Shown one piece after another: positions 1 to 8,484 of a DNA stretch of 59,970 nucleotides; positions within the stretch are counted from its first letter, which is position 1; each line of letters opens with the position of its first letter. Made by a program: the position numbers and the translations under genes. The DNA is from a virus (Duplodnaviria > Caudoviricetes): positions 1 through 59,970 of IMG/VR virus record IMGVR_UViG_3300030101_003657, one strand, 5' to 3'. The notes beneath the pieces are model-generated. The model did not search any database. It saw nothing but the letters and a program-made list of their open reading frames with translations, and had not been told where the DNA came from.

Positions 1-195
1 GATCTTGTTAGTATTAGTATAGTTACCATACTTGATGAAACAATTCATTGAGAGTAAACGATCTGTGTTTTGAGCAAACACTTGATCATGATCGTATGTA
101 TATGATTCACCTTTTTTATTTGTGAATGATATGATGAGGTTTTTGCCAAGTAATGAATTAGAAAGAATGAATCGAGATTTAGTTATATTAGTCAT
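1..195 (-). CDS. Early hypothetical protein, truncated by the window edge (MTNITKSRFILSNSLLGKNLIISFTNKKGESYTYDHD...)
   Basis: Open frame from ATG at 195 to the window start, translated by hand; lies downstream of promoter-like motif 238-269. Confidence 0.7.
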   Translation of the reverse strand, partial: MTNITKSRFILSNSLLGKNLIISFTNKKGESYTYDHDQVFAQNTDRLLSMNCFIKYGNYTNTNKI

Positions 196-237
196 AATTG
201 TTATATTTATTTATTAGTTATTTAATTTAGTTATTAG

Positions 238-269
238 TATTATCTATTGACAGTCGTGTTTAGTTTGTA
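238..269 (-). promoter_or_regulatory. Putative early promoter, copy 1 (TACAAACTAAACACGAC-N6-TAGATAATA)
   Basis: One of four fixed-spacing copies, each intergenic and upstream of a minus-strand ORF. Confidence 0.75.
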
Positions 270-272
270 AAA

Positions 273-434
273 TTATATTTTAGTGACTGTGTAAATTGAG
301 TTGTGTATGTCAATGTGAATGTCTTCTAGAAAGTCAAGAAAGTCTTGAGTTAGTTGAGGTGAGTCATTGTATTGATAAGTTGGTTGGTCGTCGCCAGGTT
401 GATAGATTTCGAATTGATAATTAAAGTTTGACAT
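273..434 (-). CDS. Small acidic early protein, 53 aa (MSNFNYQFEIYQPGDDQPTY...)
   Basis: Hand-translated ORF below the track cutoff; fits between two promoter motifs. Confidence 0.6.
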   Translation of the reverse strand: MSNFNYQFEIYQPGDDQPTYQYNDSPQLTQDFLDFLEDIHIDIHNSIYTVTKI

Positions 435-458
435 AGGATTTATTTTATTAGTTTATAT

Positions 459-490
459 TATTATCTAGGTTTGGTTGTGTTTAGTTTGTA
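459..490 (-). promoter_or_regulatory. Putative early promoter, copy 2
   Basis: TACAAACTAAACACAAC-N6-TAGATAATA upstream of ORF 273-434. Confidence 0.75.
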
Positions 491-492
491 TA

Positions 493-723
493 TTAGTATT
501 GTTGATTAATGAAAGTTATTAATTGATTGTATAAATTATTAGTTAGTAATTGATGGTCGTCAATTAAATAGTTTTTAGTTTTGTTATTAATATATTGTTT
601 AGTTAGGTCTAGAGTTATATTTAAATTTTTAATAAATATTGTATAAGTTAGATTATTATAAGATTTATTATTTGAGTTAAATTTTTTAAGAGTTATATTA
701 GTTATATTGAAATTATTTGGCAT
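493..723 (-). CDS. Asn-rich early hypothetical protein
   Basis: ORF track; flanked by promoter motif copies. Confidence 0.6.
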   Translation of the reverse strand: MPNNFNITNITLKKFNSNNKSYNNLTYTIFIKNLNITLDLTKQYINNKTKNYLIDDHQLLTNNLYNQLITFINQQY

Positions 724-755
724 TGTTATTAATTTTAGTTTGTTAATTATATATA

Positions 756-787
756 TATTATCTAGCGATAGTCGTATTTAAATTGTA
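756..787 (-). promoter_or_regulatory. Putative early promoter, copy 3
   Basis: TACAATTTAAATACGAC-N6-TAGATAATA upstream of ORF 493-723. Confidence 0.7.
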
Positions 788-988
788 TAAATAATAGTTA
801 TTTAAGTTTATGTTGCTGACATGATCTCATAAACAAAATATAATCGTGGGGATTTTGAAACAAATGAAACAAAATTATGAAAACTTAGGGGAACCCATAA
901 TTTAGATTTGCGTTTTATATAAAAAACAAAATAAAAATGTGGTGGGGGTACCCAAAACTCCTAAAAATCTAATAATTTTTAAAAAATA

Positions 989-1034
989 GTGACACTAGGC
1001 TGCTATATATGGTAGAATAACAGGCAAATGTCAC
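989..1034 (+). promoter_or_regulatory. GTGACA-N34-TGTCAC inverted-repeat element (operator/origin-like)
   Basis: Inverted repeat; similar copy on the - strand at 57215-57256. Confidence 0.55.
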
Positions 1035-1055
1035 AGTTTTTAGCTTATAATAGTA

Positions 1056-1080
1056 TGTAAATTTACTGTTTTACGTGTAA
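1056..1080 (+). promoter_or_regulatory. Putative middle/late promoter TGTAAATT-N9-ACGTGTAA
   Basis: Same boxes and spacing at 55828-55852 (-); sits just before the first gene of the + arm. Confidence 0.6.
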
Positions 1081-1131
1081 ATACTCTATTATGTACATAA
1101 AACTAAGTTTATAAACTAAAAATATTAAAAA

Positions 1132-1644
1132 ATGCCAAGTTATAAGAACGCAGAAGACGCAATGGGTGCTTCAAAAATGACAGATGAAGAGAAAATAGAA
1201 AAGCATAAGAACAAAGCTTTAGCTAAAAAGAAAAGAAAAGAGATTAGAAGGAAAAGAAGAGCTCATGGGAACATATTCACTAGCAAAAAGAAGAAAAAAG
1301 CAAGAATGTTAGCCGCTGATAAAAGAAAAGCAGCAGATCAAATGTTAGCAAGAGTAGCCTCTGGTGACTCCGTTACAGGAAGTGATGAATCAGTATCTAT
1401 GAAATACGGTAAAAAGATGGGATCATCTATGAAGACGCCATTTTTAGATTTAGAAAGAAAAACACCGTCAGCTATGGCAGTAAAAGCTGGGATAGGAAAA
1501 TTAATGGGTATTTCTATGAAAGGCAAAAAACACGGCATGTCCATGTATAAAAAAGATGGTGGATCTATGTATGGTGAAAAGCATGGATCATCTATGAAAA
1601 AGCCACATGCTCACCCTATAATGAAACACATGCGTAAGTTTTAA
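1132..1644 (+). CDS. Lys/Met-rich basic protein with repeated G-x-S-M motifs (possible internal virion protein)
   Basis: ORF; motifs GSSM, GISM, GMSM, GGSM, GSSM. Confidence 0.65.
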   Translation: MPSYKNAEDAMGASKMTDEEKIEKHKNKALAKKKRKEIRRKRRAHGNIFTSKKKKKARMLAADKRKAADQMLARVASGDSVTGSDESVSMKYGKKMGSSMKTPFLDLERKTPSAMAVKAGIGKLMGISMKGKKHGMSMYKKDGGSMYGEKHGSSMKKPHAHPIMKHMRKF

Positions 1645-1647
1645 GTT

Positions 1648-1983
1648 ATGCCACTAAAAAAGTATAATAGAAAAGGTGGGTCTAGTATGAACGGTGTAAC
1701 TCCAGGTGGTAAGCAAAGTAGATATTTTAATAAAATAGATAAAACTTTTAGTAATCTCAAGTCTAACGCTACAAAAAATAAAGAAAAGTTTACCCATTTT
1801 GGTATACCTGAAAAACTATATGACGCAAACAATGAACCTATAAACACTAGAGACATAGATGAAGGAGAATTGTCTAAGGTTAAGATTCAATACGGAAAAG
1901 TTCCGTTAAAAAATAGAGAATATGTTTCAACTAGTTCAGAAAGTGCTTATCCTAATGAAAGACTATACTTAAAACCTAAATAA
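1648..1983 (+). CDS. Hypothetical protein (GSSM motif near the N-terminus)
   Basis: ORF track; tightly packed with neighbours. Confidence 0.6.
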   Translation: MPLKKYNRKGGSSMNGVTPGGKQSRYFNKIDKTFSNLKSNATKNKEKFTHFGIPEKLYDANNEPINTRDIDEGELSKVKIQYGKVPLKNREYVSTSSESAYPNERLYLKPK

Positions 1984-1992
1984 AAATAAGTT

Positions 1993-3057
1993 ATGGCTAT
2001 AATATACACATATCCAAGAAAAGAAAGACCTACGCTAGAAGATTTAGTGTTAATATCTGATGCTGGAACTAAAAAAACTATGCAAGCCAGCGCTGGAGAT
2101 TTACCTATAGTACATAGTTTTTCTACTGGTGAAACAGGTTTAGAGCCAGGTAAAGTATCTACAGGAGATATCGTTCTATCTGGAACACTAAATGCTAAGT
2201 ATGGAGGAACGGGAGTAGGCAAACCAGGTTCAGCTGGCAATATGGTAGAAAAAGAGTGGAGAGGCCATGATCAAGGAGCTTTACTATACTGGGATGACGA
2301 GTATTATTCTAACTACTCTGCTTTAAGAAGAGTAGTAACAGATATTAGTTTAGTTGGTAATGTACTTGTACTAGCAGATTTTAACGGTGAGTTAACTCCT
2401 GGATGGGGTGCTGTTCCAGGTTTACAAGAGGTTTCAAATCTAGCTGCGGCCAATGAAGCAGAAATAGATCAATTAGAAATTACTGTTGGGAATATGGGAG
2501 GAGAAATAGCACAAGATATAGATCAATTAGAAACTACTACTAACAATTTAGAAACTACTACTAACAATTTAGAAACTACTGTTGACAATTTAGAAACTAC
2601 TGTTGAAGATTTAGCACAATCAAATAAAAACTTAGGTATTACTCCTTTAGACATTTATCAAGGTGGAAAAACTGTAAAATTAGAAAACAAAGTTATAATA
2701 GTTCAAACAGTAAGTGATACTACTTTCAATTGTAATTATATATATTTTGCATGTTTAAACTCTCCAGCGGCTGGTAAAGTTAATTTCGCTATATATAGAG
2801 GTGATCTTGACGATAGCACACCTACTTTTGGAGCTTCATATAGTTTTGATATTACAGACACTGATTATTCTAACTCTGTTGTGAAATGTGCTACTATAGA
2901 ACAAACTGTTGATTCATTTAGAATAATGAGTGGTGATTCTTACTTAATAGCGGTATCATCTGATGCTGACGTAGATTTATTAGGTATAGACAACGGTATA
3001 CAAAACGAAAAAATAGCTGTAACTAATTCAGGCTTTTATGAGCTTGGTGACAAATAA
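1993..3057 (+). CDS. Putative fibre/structural protein with coiled-coil heptad repeats
   Basis: Fibre-like GGTG motif (LNAKYGGTG), LETTxNN heptads, beta-rich C-terminus. Confidence 0.55.
   Translation: MAIIYTYPRKERPTLEDLVLISDAGTKKTMQASAGDLPIVHSFSTGETGLEPGKVSTGDIVLSGTLNAKYGGTGVGKPGSAGNMVEKEWRGHDQGALLYWDDEYYSNYSALRRVVTDISLVGNVLVLADFNGELTPGWGAVPGLQEVSNLAAANEAEIDQLEITVGNMGGEIAQDIDQLETTTNNLETTTNNLETTVDNLETTVEDLAQSNKNLGITPLDIYQGGKTVKLENKVIIVQTVSDTTFNCNYIYFACLNSPAAGKVNFAIYRGDLDDSTPTFGASYSFDITDTDYSNSVVKCATIEQTVDSFRIMSGDSYLIAVSSDADVDLLGIDNGIQNEKIAVTNSGFYELGDK
2527..2610 (+). repeat. Four tandem 21-nt repeats encoding LETT(T/V)(N/D/E)(N/D)
   Basis: ttagaaactactactaacaat x2, then ttagaaactactgttgacaat and ttagaaactactgttgaagat. 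Confidence 0.9.
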
Positions 3058-3072
3058 ATAAAAAAAGATATT

Positions 3073-3333
3073 ATGATTTCAATAGACGAAAACGAAGATG
3101 TAAGGGATCCTGAAGATCCAAAGGGTCCTGAAGAGGAAAGGGATCCTGAAGATTCAAGGGATCCTGAAGAAGAAAATGCCGCAAGGCCTCCTATTGGTGG
3201 CGATTGGCCTTTTAGTGATCCTAATGGTCAATATGATCCTCAAGTATGGGCTAATTTTATAGGAAAACCTCTCCCAACGTTAACAGGAGAAAGGATTGCA
3301 ATACATTTAACTTATTCTAAAAACCTAAATTAA
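3073..3333 (+). CDS. Acidic protein with RDPE(D/E) repeats; in frame with the upstream gene
   Basis: ORF; agggatcctgaaga repeated at about 3103-3170. Confidence 0.55.
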   Translation: MISIDENEDVRDPEDPKGPEEERDPEDSRDPEEENAARPPIGGDWPFSDPNGQYDPQVWANFIGKPLPTLTGERIAIHLTYSKNLN

Positions 3334-3381
3334 TATTCTACATAACCGTAGAACCTATATATAAACCAAAAACTAAATAAC

Positions 3382-3669
3382 ATGACGTTTTTATATACCA
3401 GCAGTTTTAGAGCTGCTACACGACCTGATCAAAGAATGATCAACCTTTGGAAACACATAGCCGAAAAGAAAAACTGGAGGATTGTTCAGTTACCAAATGG
3501 ATTTTACCAAACAGAATATAACCATCCAGAAGAAAAAGACTGGATTGATGTAACAAGAAGAGAAACCATGGAAGGCGCTGAAGCTGCTATTGATGGTTCT
3601 ATAGAACATTATATAAAAAAATTAGAGTTCTTAAAAGGACCTAAAGTAGTTAAAACATTTAATGATTAA
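3382..3669 (+). CDS. Hypothetical phage protein
   Basis: ORF with an A-rich leader. Confidence 0.7.
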   Translation: MTFLYTSSFRAATRPDQRMINLWKHIAEKKNWRIVQLPNGFYQTEYNHPEEKDWIDVTRRETMEGAEAAIDGSIEHYIKKLEFLKGPKVVKTFND

Positions 3670-3672
3670 AAA

Positions 3673-4818
3673 ATGACATTTATAAGTGAAGCTTTATATA
3701 AAAGCTTAAAAAAAGAACAAGCTAGTTTATTAGATAATATAGCAAAACTACAGGAAACAGAAGTAGAATTAAAAGCTAGAATCAACATAGAAGAAGCTTT
3801 TTTAGCTTCTTTTGATACTGAGCAATCAAAATTACAAGCAACTATAGATAATGCAATATCTCAAATCAACCCTATCGAGCGTAAGTTGGATGAAGCTGCT
3901 AAAAACCAAGAGGAGCTTGAAGAAAAATTAAAAGAAAAAATCGATGATGTTGAAAAAGCTGAAGTAGCGTTAAAAGAAGCACAAGACGAGAAAGAACCTG
4001 ATCAAGTGGAAATTAATAAGATCAGCGCTCAGGTGAATACATTACGTATTCAGAAAAATGATTTAGAAGCTGCATTAGATGCTAATCAAAATCAAATAGA
4101 TACTCTTGAATCTCAACTAAAAACTAACCATGAAATAGCAAGCCAAACTGAAGCTCAGTTAGAAGAAAACGAGTCAAGAAAATCTTCTCTTGAAGAAGAG
4201 GAATTAGCAAATTTTAAAGACCATTTAAGTGCCGTCGAAAAGGAGTTAGTGGATACAAGTTTGGAGTATAAAACTTTTTTAGAAAGAAATCTTCAAACTA
4301 TAAATAACTTTGAGTTACAAGATTCAAAAAGAAACAGTATTATAAAACCAGTTTCTAGTAGAGAATTATTTAATAGACCACTACCCACGGAGGAGGGTGA
4401 CGCTTTAATAAATGAATCTAATGTATTGACCGAGGTTGTTTCTAACGACTTAGGTGTGGAAAATTTATCTGAAACTGAACAAGAACTATTAGATGCTGCT
4501 ATAGAGCAAGGTCAAAACAAAGAGTTTGATAGAAATTATTTATCAGCTCAAGAAGCTTCATCTATGTCAAGGGCTTTTAATTTTTCTTTAATACCTGTTT
4601 CTCTAAAAATAAAAGAGGCCGCAATGAATGGATTATATTCTATAGTTGTTCGAGATCTTAATGACTCTAGCTTATATGCTTTAGATAAAGCTGGATATAC
4701 AGTTACATTAACAAGTTCTAGATTTCCTGAATTTGAAATTAGATGGGATCAAATTACTCAAGAAGGATCAAGTCCAGTAGAGGAAAAAGAAAAAGAAAAA
4801 CTGCAAGAACAAGCTTAA
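3673..4818 (+). CDS. Long acidic coiled-coil protein
   Basis: E/Q/K/L-rich heptad pattern over about 210 aa. Confidence 0.7.
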   Translation: MTFISEALYKSLKKEQASLLDNIAKLQETEVELKARINIEEAFLASFDTEQSKLQATIDNAISQINPIERKLDEAAKNQEELEEKLKEKIDDVEKAEVALKEAQDEKEPDQVEINKISAQVNTLRIQKNDLEAALDANQNQIDTLESQLKTNHEIASQTEAQLEENESRKSSLEEEELANFKDHLSAVEKELVDTSLEYKTFLERNLQTINNFELQDSKRNSIIKPVSSRELFNRPLPTEEGDALINESNVLTEVVSNDLGVENLSETEQELLDAAIEQGQNKEFDRNYLSAQEASSMSRAFNFSLIPVSLKIKEAAMNGLYSIVVRDLNDSSLYALDKAGYTVTLTSSRFPEFEIRWDQITQEGSSPVEEKEKEKLQEQA

Positions 4819-4850
4819 AATCAAAATCAAATCAAATCAAATTAAATTAA

Positions 4851-6401
4851 ATGCAAGAATTAAAGTTAGTTAAAGAACTGGCTTTTGGCGATACTGCTAG
4901 AAGTCAGGTCTTAACTGGCGTTGAAAAGTTAACCAACGCTGTTGGTTCTACGCTGGGCGCTAGTGGAAAGTGTGTTATACTTGAAGATGGCAATGGTCAA
5001 CCAATTATAACAAAAGATGGTGTAACAGTAGCAAATTCAATAACGCTACACAATCCATTAGAAAATATTGGAGCAACACTTATTAAAGAGGCTGCTCAAA
5101 AAACAGTTAAAGACGCAGGTGATGGTACAACAACCGCAACTATATTAGCAAAAGCTATATTAGATAATGCCTACAAAGTTTCAGATCAAACATCGCTAAG
5201 AGATTTAAAACATGGCATTAATCAAGGTGTTGAAAACGTAGTTAGTTACCTTAACAAGAAGAGAAAAAAAGTTAAAGGTAAAAAAATAGATCAAGTAGCT
5301 ACAATATCTGCTAACAATGATAAAGAGTTAGGAAAAATTATAAGCGAAGCTTTTAAACTAGTAGATGAAACAGGTATTGTAATGATGGAAACCAATGAAC
5401 AACCTGAAACTGTAGTTGAGCTAATAGAAGGAGTTCAGTATGATCAAGCATTAAAAAACAATCATTTTATAAACAACAAAGAAAAAGGTACAGCTGAACT
5501 TGAAAATCCAATGGTATTAATAGTAGAATCTAAAATACCTAACATAAGAAAAATACAAGCAGTACTAGAGTATATTATAAAAAAAGGTAAAAGTTTATTA
5601 ATAATTGCTGATGTTGATCAACAAGTGGTTTCTGCGCTGGCTATGAATAAAGTAAAGGGTAATATAAAGGTTAACATCATAGATGCACCAGTGTACGGTA
5701 TAAATAAAAAAGATACACTAAGTGATTTATGTTCTGTTACTGGTGCTACTCTTATTAATGAAGATTTAGGAGATGATATGGATCTTATACAACCTGAACA
5801 TTTAGGTACTTGTATAAAGTCTATAACAAATCAAGAGGAAACCATATTGCAAGTTGATTTGTCTAACAAACCAGAAGTAGATGAAACTATTAAGATGTTA
5901 GAAAATCAAATTAAAGAAACTAAAAACCCAAACATTGTAGTTAGACTCGAAAAAAGATTAGCTAAATTAAAAGCTAAAGTAGCAACTGTTAAAGTAGGTG
6001 CTAACTCAGAAGTAGAGTTAAAAGAAAAGAAGGACAGGGTTGAAGATGCTATTTGTGCTACAAAAGCCGCGATCAAAGAAGGTATAGTACCAGGAGGTGG
6101 CATAGCGCTACTAAACGCCTCAATGAAACTTAAAGCTGAAAATATAGGTGAAGAAGTTTTATATAATGCTATACGTAAACCTTATGAAATAATATTGCGT
6201 AATGCAGGTATAAACTACGATAAAGTTTCAATTAGAGAAGAAGGCATAGGATTAGATGTGGTTACAGGAAATGCGGTTAATATGGTTAAAGCCGGAATTA
6301 TAGATCCTCTGCTAGTTACTAAAAGCGCACTGATGAACGCGGCTTCAGTAGCTACGACAATATTATCAACTGATTGTGTAATTAATAACATACGAGCATG
6401 A
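4851..6401 (+). CDS. groEL: Chaperonin GroEL (Cpn60)
   Basis: ITKDGVTVA, AGDGTTTAT, VEDAICATKAA, GIVPGGG and GIIDP motifs; no GGM tail. Confidence 0.96.
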   Translation: MQELKLVKELAFGDTARSQVLTGVEKLTNAVGSTLGASGKCVILEDGNGQPIITKDGVTVANSITLHNPLENIGATLIKEAAQKTVKDAGDGTTTATILAKAILDNAYKVSDQTSLRDLKHGINQGVENVVSYLNKKRKKVKGKKIDQVATISANNDKELGKIISEAFKLVDETGIVMMETNEQPETVVELIEGVQYDQALKNNHFINNKEKGTAELENPMVLIVESKIPNIRKIQAVLEYIIKKGKSLLIIADVDQQVVSALAMNKVKGNIKVNIIDAPVYGINKKDTLSDLCSVTGATLINEDLGDDMDLIQPEHLGTCIKSITNQEETILQVDLSNKPEVDETIKMLENQIKETKNPNIVVRLEKRLAKLKAKVATVKVGANSEVELKEKKDRVEDAICATKAAIKEGIVPGGGIALLNASMKLKAENIGEEVLYNAIRKPYEIILRNAGINYDKVSIREEGIGLDVVTGNAVNMVKAGIIDPLLVTKSALMNAASVATTILSTDCVINNIRA

Positions 6402-6658
6402 GAGCAATAGGTAAATATATAGTTATTAAACCAATCAAGGAGGTTGACACAAAAACAAAAGGAGGCTTAATACTAGCTGAATCGCAAAGAGAAGACATAA
6501 GATACAGACGTGCTAAAGTTGTAAAACCAGGTACTGATGTTAAAGCTTTAAAAACAGGTGACGAAATATATTACGATAAAGCAGCTGGTTTTAAAATAGA
6601 GATTAAAAAAGAAGAGTATAAAGTTATTAAAGAGTTTGATGTAGTAGTTGTATTATGA
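6398..6658 (+). CDS. groES: Co-chaperonin GroES (Cpn10)
   Basis: KTKGGLIL mobile loop, AKVVKPG, LKTGDEI; overlaps the groEL stop. Confidence 0.9.
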   Translation: MRAIGKYIVIKPIKEVDTKTKGGLILAESQREDIRYRRAKVVKPGTDVKALKTGDEIYYDKAAGFKIEIKKEEYKVIKEFDVVVVL

Positions 6659-7086
6659 GATTACACTCTTCTGATTTAAAAGAATTAAATTTATTTAAAC
6701 ATTATAGAATTGTCCGCAAGTGGGCGTGTAAAACCAACGATTTAAACGACGCAGATCTAGAACTTTTAATATACTTAGAGGCTATTGATCTTTTTACTAA
6801 AGATGATTTTAAAAAAGGTACATACTCGTATAGCTGGGATAACAGGCGCTGGAACAGATTATTGAAACAAGGGTGGATTACAGTGTGGAGGAGAAGAAAT
6901 CGCACAACTCAAAAATATCATATATATAAAGTTTCTCAAAAGTGTAAACAGCTAACAAGTAGAATGTATCGTATAATATTAGGTGAGGAAAATATGCCTA
7001 CTAATAAATTTGAAAACAGTGGTAGATACAGCTTCACTGTTATGAAAACAGCTATACAAAACGTTAATAAAGATAAAACAAGATAA
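6655..7086 (+). CDS. Putative winged-helix DNA-binding protein
   Basis: MarR-like pattern LNDADLELLIYL...RLLKQGWI...IYKVSQK. Confidence 0.5.
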   Translation: MRLHSSDLKELNLFKHYRIVRKWACKTNDLNDADLELLIYLEAIDLFTKDDFKKGTYSYSWDNRRWNRLLKQGWITVWRRRNRTTQKYHIYKVSQKCKQLTSRMYRIILGEENMPTNKFENSGRYSFTVMKTAIQNVNKDKTR

Positions 7087-7087
7087 C

Positions 7088-8128
7088 ATGGCATTTAAAC
7101 AACCATATAATAACTTTAATAAACAAGGAGCTTCTATAGCACCAGCAGCGGCAGCAGCACCAGCAGCTGTTAAAGGTATAGGTGCGTTACTGGCTAAGCT
7201 AGGAATTGGTAAAGCTGCAGCAGGAGCAGGTAGTAAAGCTGCTTTATCAAAAGGTGGCAGCTTTTTAGCTAAATTTGGAAAAGGCAAAGCTTCAAGTCTT
7301 GTAGGACCTACACAACCTAAACAAGGTTTTATAAAACAAGCAAGTTCAAAAATAAGTAAAGGTTATAATCAAAAAATATCTGATTTAGCTAAAAACTTAG
7401 GAGAAAACAGAGAAGATGTTGACAAGTTTGTTAAAAACAAAGCAATGGACGCAGCTTCTAATGTTGTTTCAAGTATAGGTAGTAAAAATGAGGAAACACT
7501 AGATCGTAACGACAGTGAAAAAATAACTGTAATAAATACACCATCAGTTGAAACTAAAGAACCAAAATTATCTGGTTACGGTAACCCTCAAGGACCATCT
7601 CAAGGGTATAGCAATCCATCAGGTATATCAAAATCTGATGAAGCTCTGAATGTTATAAAACCAAAAAAAGATGATTTTATTTCTAACTTTCATGCGCCTG
7701 TAACTGTCAAAGGTATAACGTTTGATGCTGGCGATGCCGTTAGAGCTGGTAGACTTTTGTACAATACTATTAAAGATAGAAAAACAAGGAGTAGTAGATT
7801 TAAACAAATAAGTGACAAAGATATACAAAAGGCAATTGCAAAAAATGAATATGATAAAGATTTAAAAAACAAACCAATCGTAGATACTACAGGTGATACT
7901 ATTTTTTCTTACTCAAAAAAAGGTAAAACTCCTAAATCAACCTCTAGTAAGCCAACTTCTAAATCAACCTCTAGTAAGCCAACTCCTGTTAATAAAACTA
8001 CTACTAAACCAACCTCAACTAATTCGTATTCTAAATTTTATGATAAAACTAAAAAAAGAAAAAGCATAAAAGAAAATAATAAAAGATATAAAACTAACAC
8101 AAAAAACTTAATAGCTGGTAAAAGCTAA
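7088..8128 (+). CDS. Ala/Lys-rich low-complexity protein (possible internal virion protein)
   Basis: MAFKQ N-terminus; GASI, GPSQ and GISK motifs; KSTSSKPT repeat. Confidence 0.65.
   Translation: MAFKQPYNNFNKQGASIAPAAAAAPAAVKGIGALLAKLGIGKAAAGAGSKAALSKGGSFLAKFGKGKASSLVGPTQPKQGFIKQASSKISKGYNQKISDLAKNLGENREDVDKFVKNKAMDAASNVVSSIGSKNEETLDRNDSEKITVINTPSVETKEPKLSGYGNPQGPSQGYSNPSGISKSDEALNVIKPKKDDFISNFHAPVTVKGITFDAGDAVRAGRLLYNTIKDRKTRSSRFKQISDKDIQKAIAKNEYDKDLKNKPIVDTTGDTIFSYSKKGKTPKSTSSKPTSKSTSSKPTPVNKTTTKPTSTNSYSKFYDKTKKRKSIKENNKRYKTNTKNLIAGKS
7932..7984 (+). repeat. Direct repeat, 27-nt period, encoding (P/S)KSTSSKPT
   Basis: ctaaatcaacctctagtaagccaact occurs twice. Confidence 0.85.
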
Positions 8129-8158
8129 AACAACACTAACACTTTAAAAAAAATAAAA

Positions 8159-8329
8159 ATGCCAAGTTACGGAGAAAAACAAAAGTCAGCAGGTAGAGTA
8201 TTAAACACTGCTAAACCCATAGTAAGTACAAGAGTAATGATGAGTAATAACAGTACTATTAGACCAGTATTAGGCGGCATTAGCAACTGTAAATATAAAG
8301 GTAACGCAGTTATTAACGCTCAGAAATAA
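8159..8329 (+). CDS. Small basic protein, 56 aa (MPSYGEKQKSAGRV...)
   Basis: Hand-translated; A-rich leader; shares MPSY start with ORF 1132. Confidence 0.6.
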   Translation: MPSYGEKQKSAGRVLNTAKPIVSTRVMMSNNSTIRPVLGGISNCKYKGNAVINAQK

Positions 8330-8484
8330 TGTTCAGTGACGTAAGGCTCTATGTTTTAAATGCTATATCATTTAGCATTACTATGATGGATTGGCTAGAA
8401 CCTATTTTAAAAATACTATTATTAGTTGTTACAATAGGTTATACAGTTCACAAATGGTTAAATTTAAAAAAAACAAAGAAATGA
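8329..8484 (+). CDS. Small two-TM membrane protein, holin-like, 51 aa
   Basis: MFSDVRLYVLNAISFSITMMDWLEPILKILLLVVTIGYTVHKWLNLKKTKK; TAATG and ATGA coupling to neighbours; near the endolysin. Confidence 0.6.
   Translation: MFSDVRLYVLNAISFSITMMDWLEPILKILLLVVTIGYTVHKWLNLKKTKK

Noticed and set aside
247-252. TTGACA as a sigma70 -35 box on the + strand
   Set aside because: It falls in the variable spacer of one motif copy, is absent from the other copies and has no + strand gene downstream
238-787. 32-nt repeats as a CRISPR array or attC-like cassette sites
   Set aside because: The spacers are whole genes of about 190-270 nt, the repeats are non-palindromic with a variable middle, and there is no cas or integrase gene; a promoter fits better
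3673-4818. Coiled-coil protein as an SMC ATPase or tape measure protein
   Set aside because: No Walker motifs, not in the tail module, and the layout is podovirus-like
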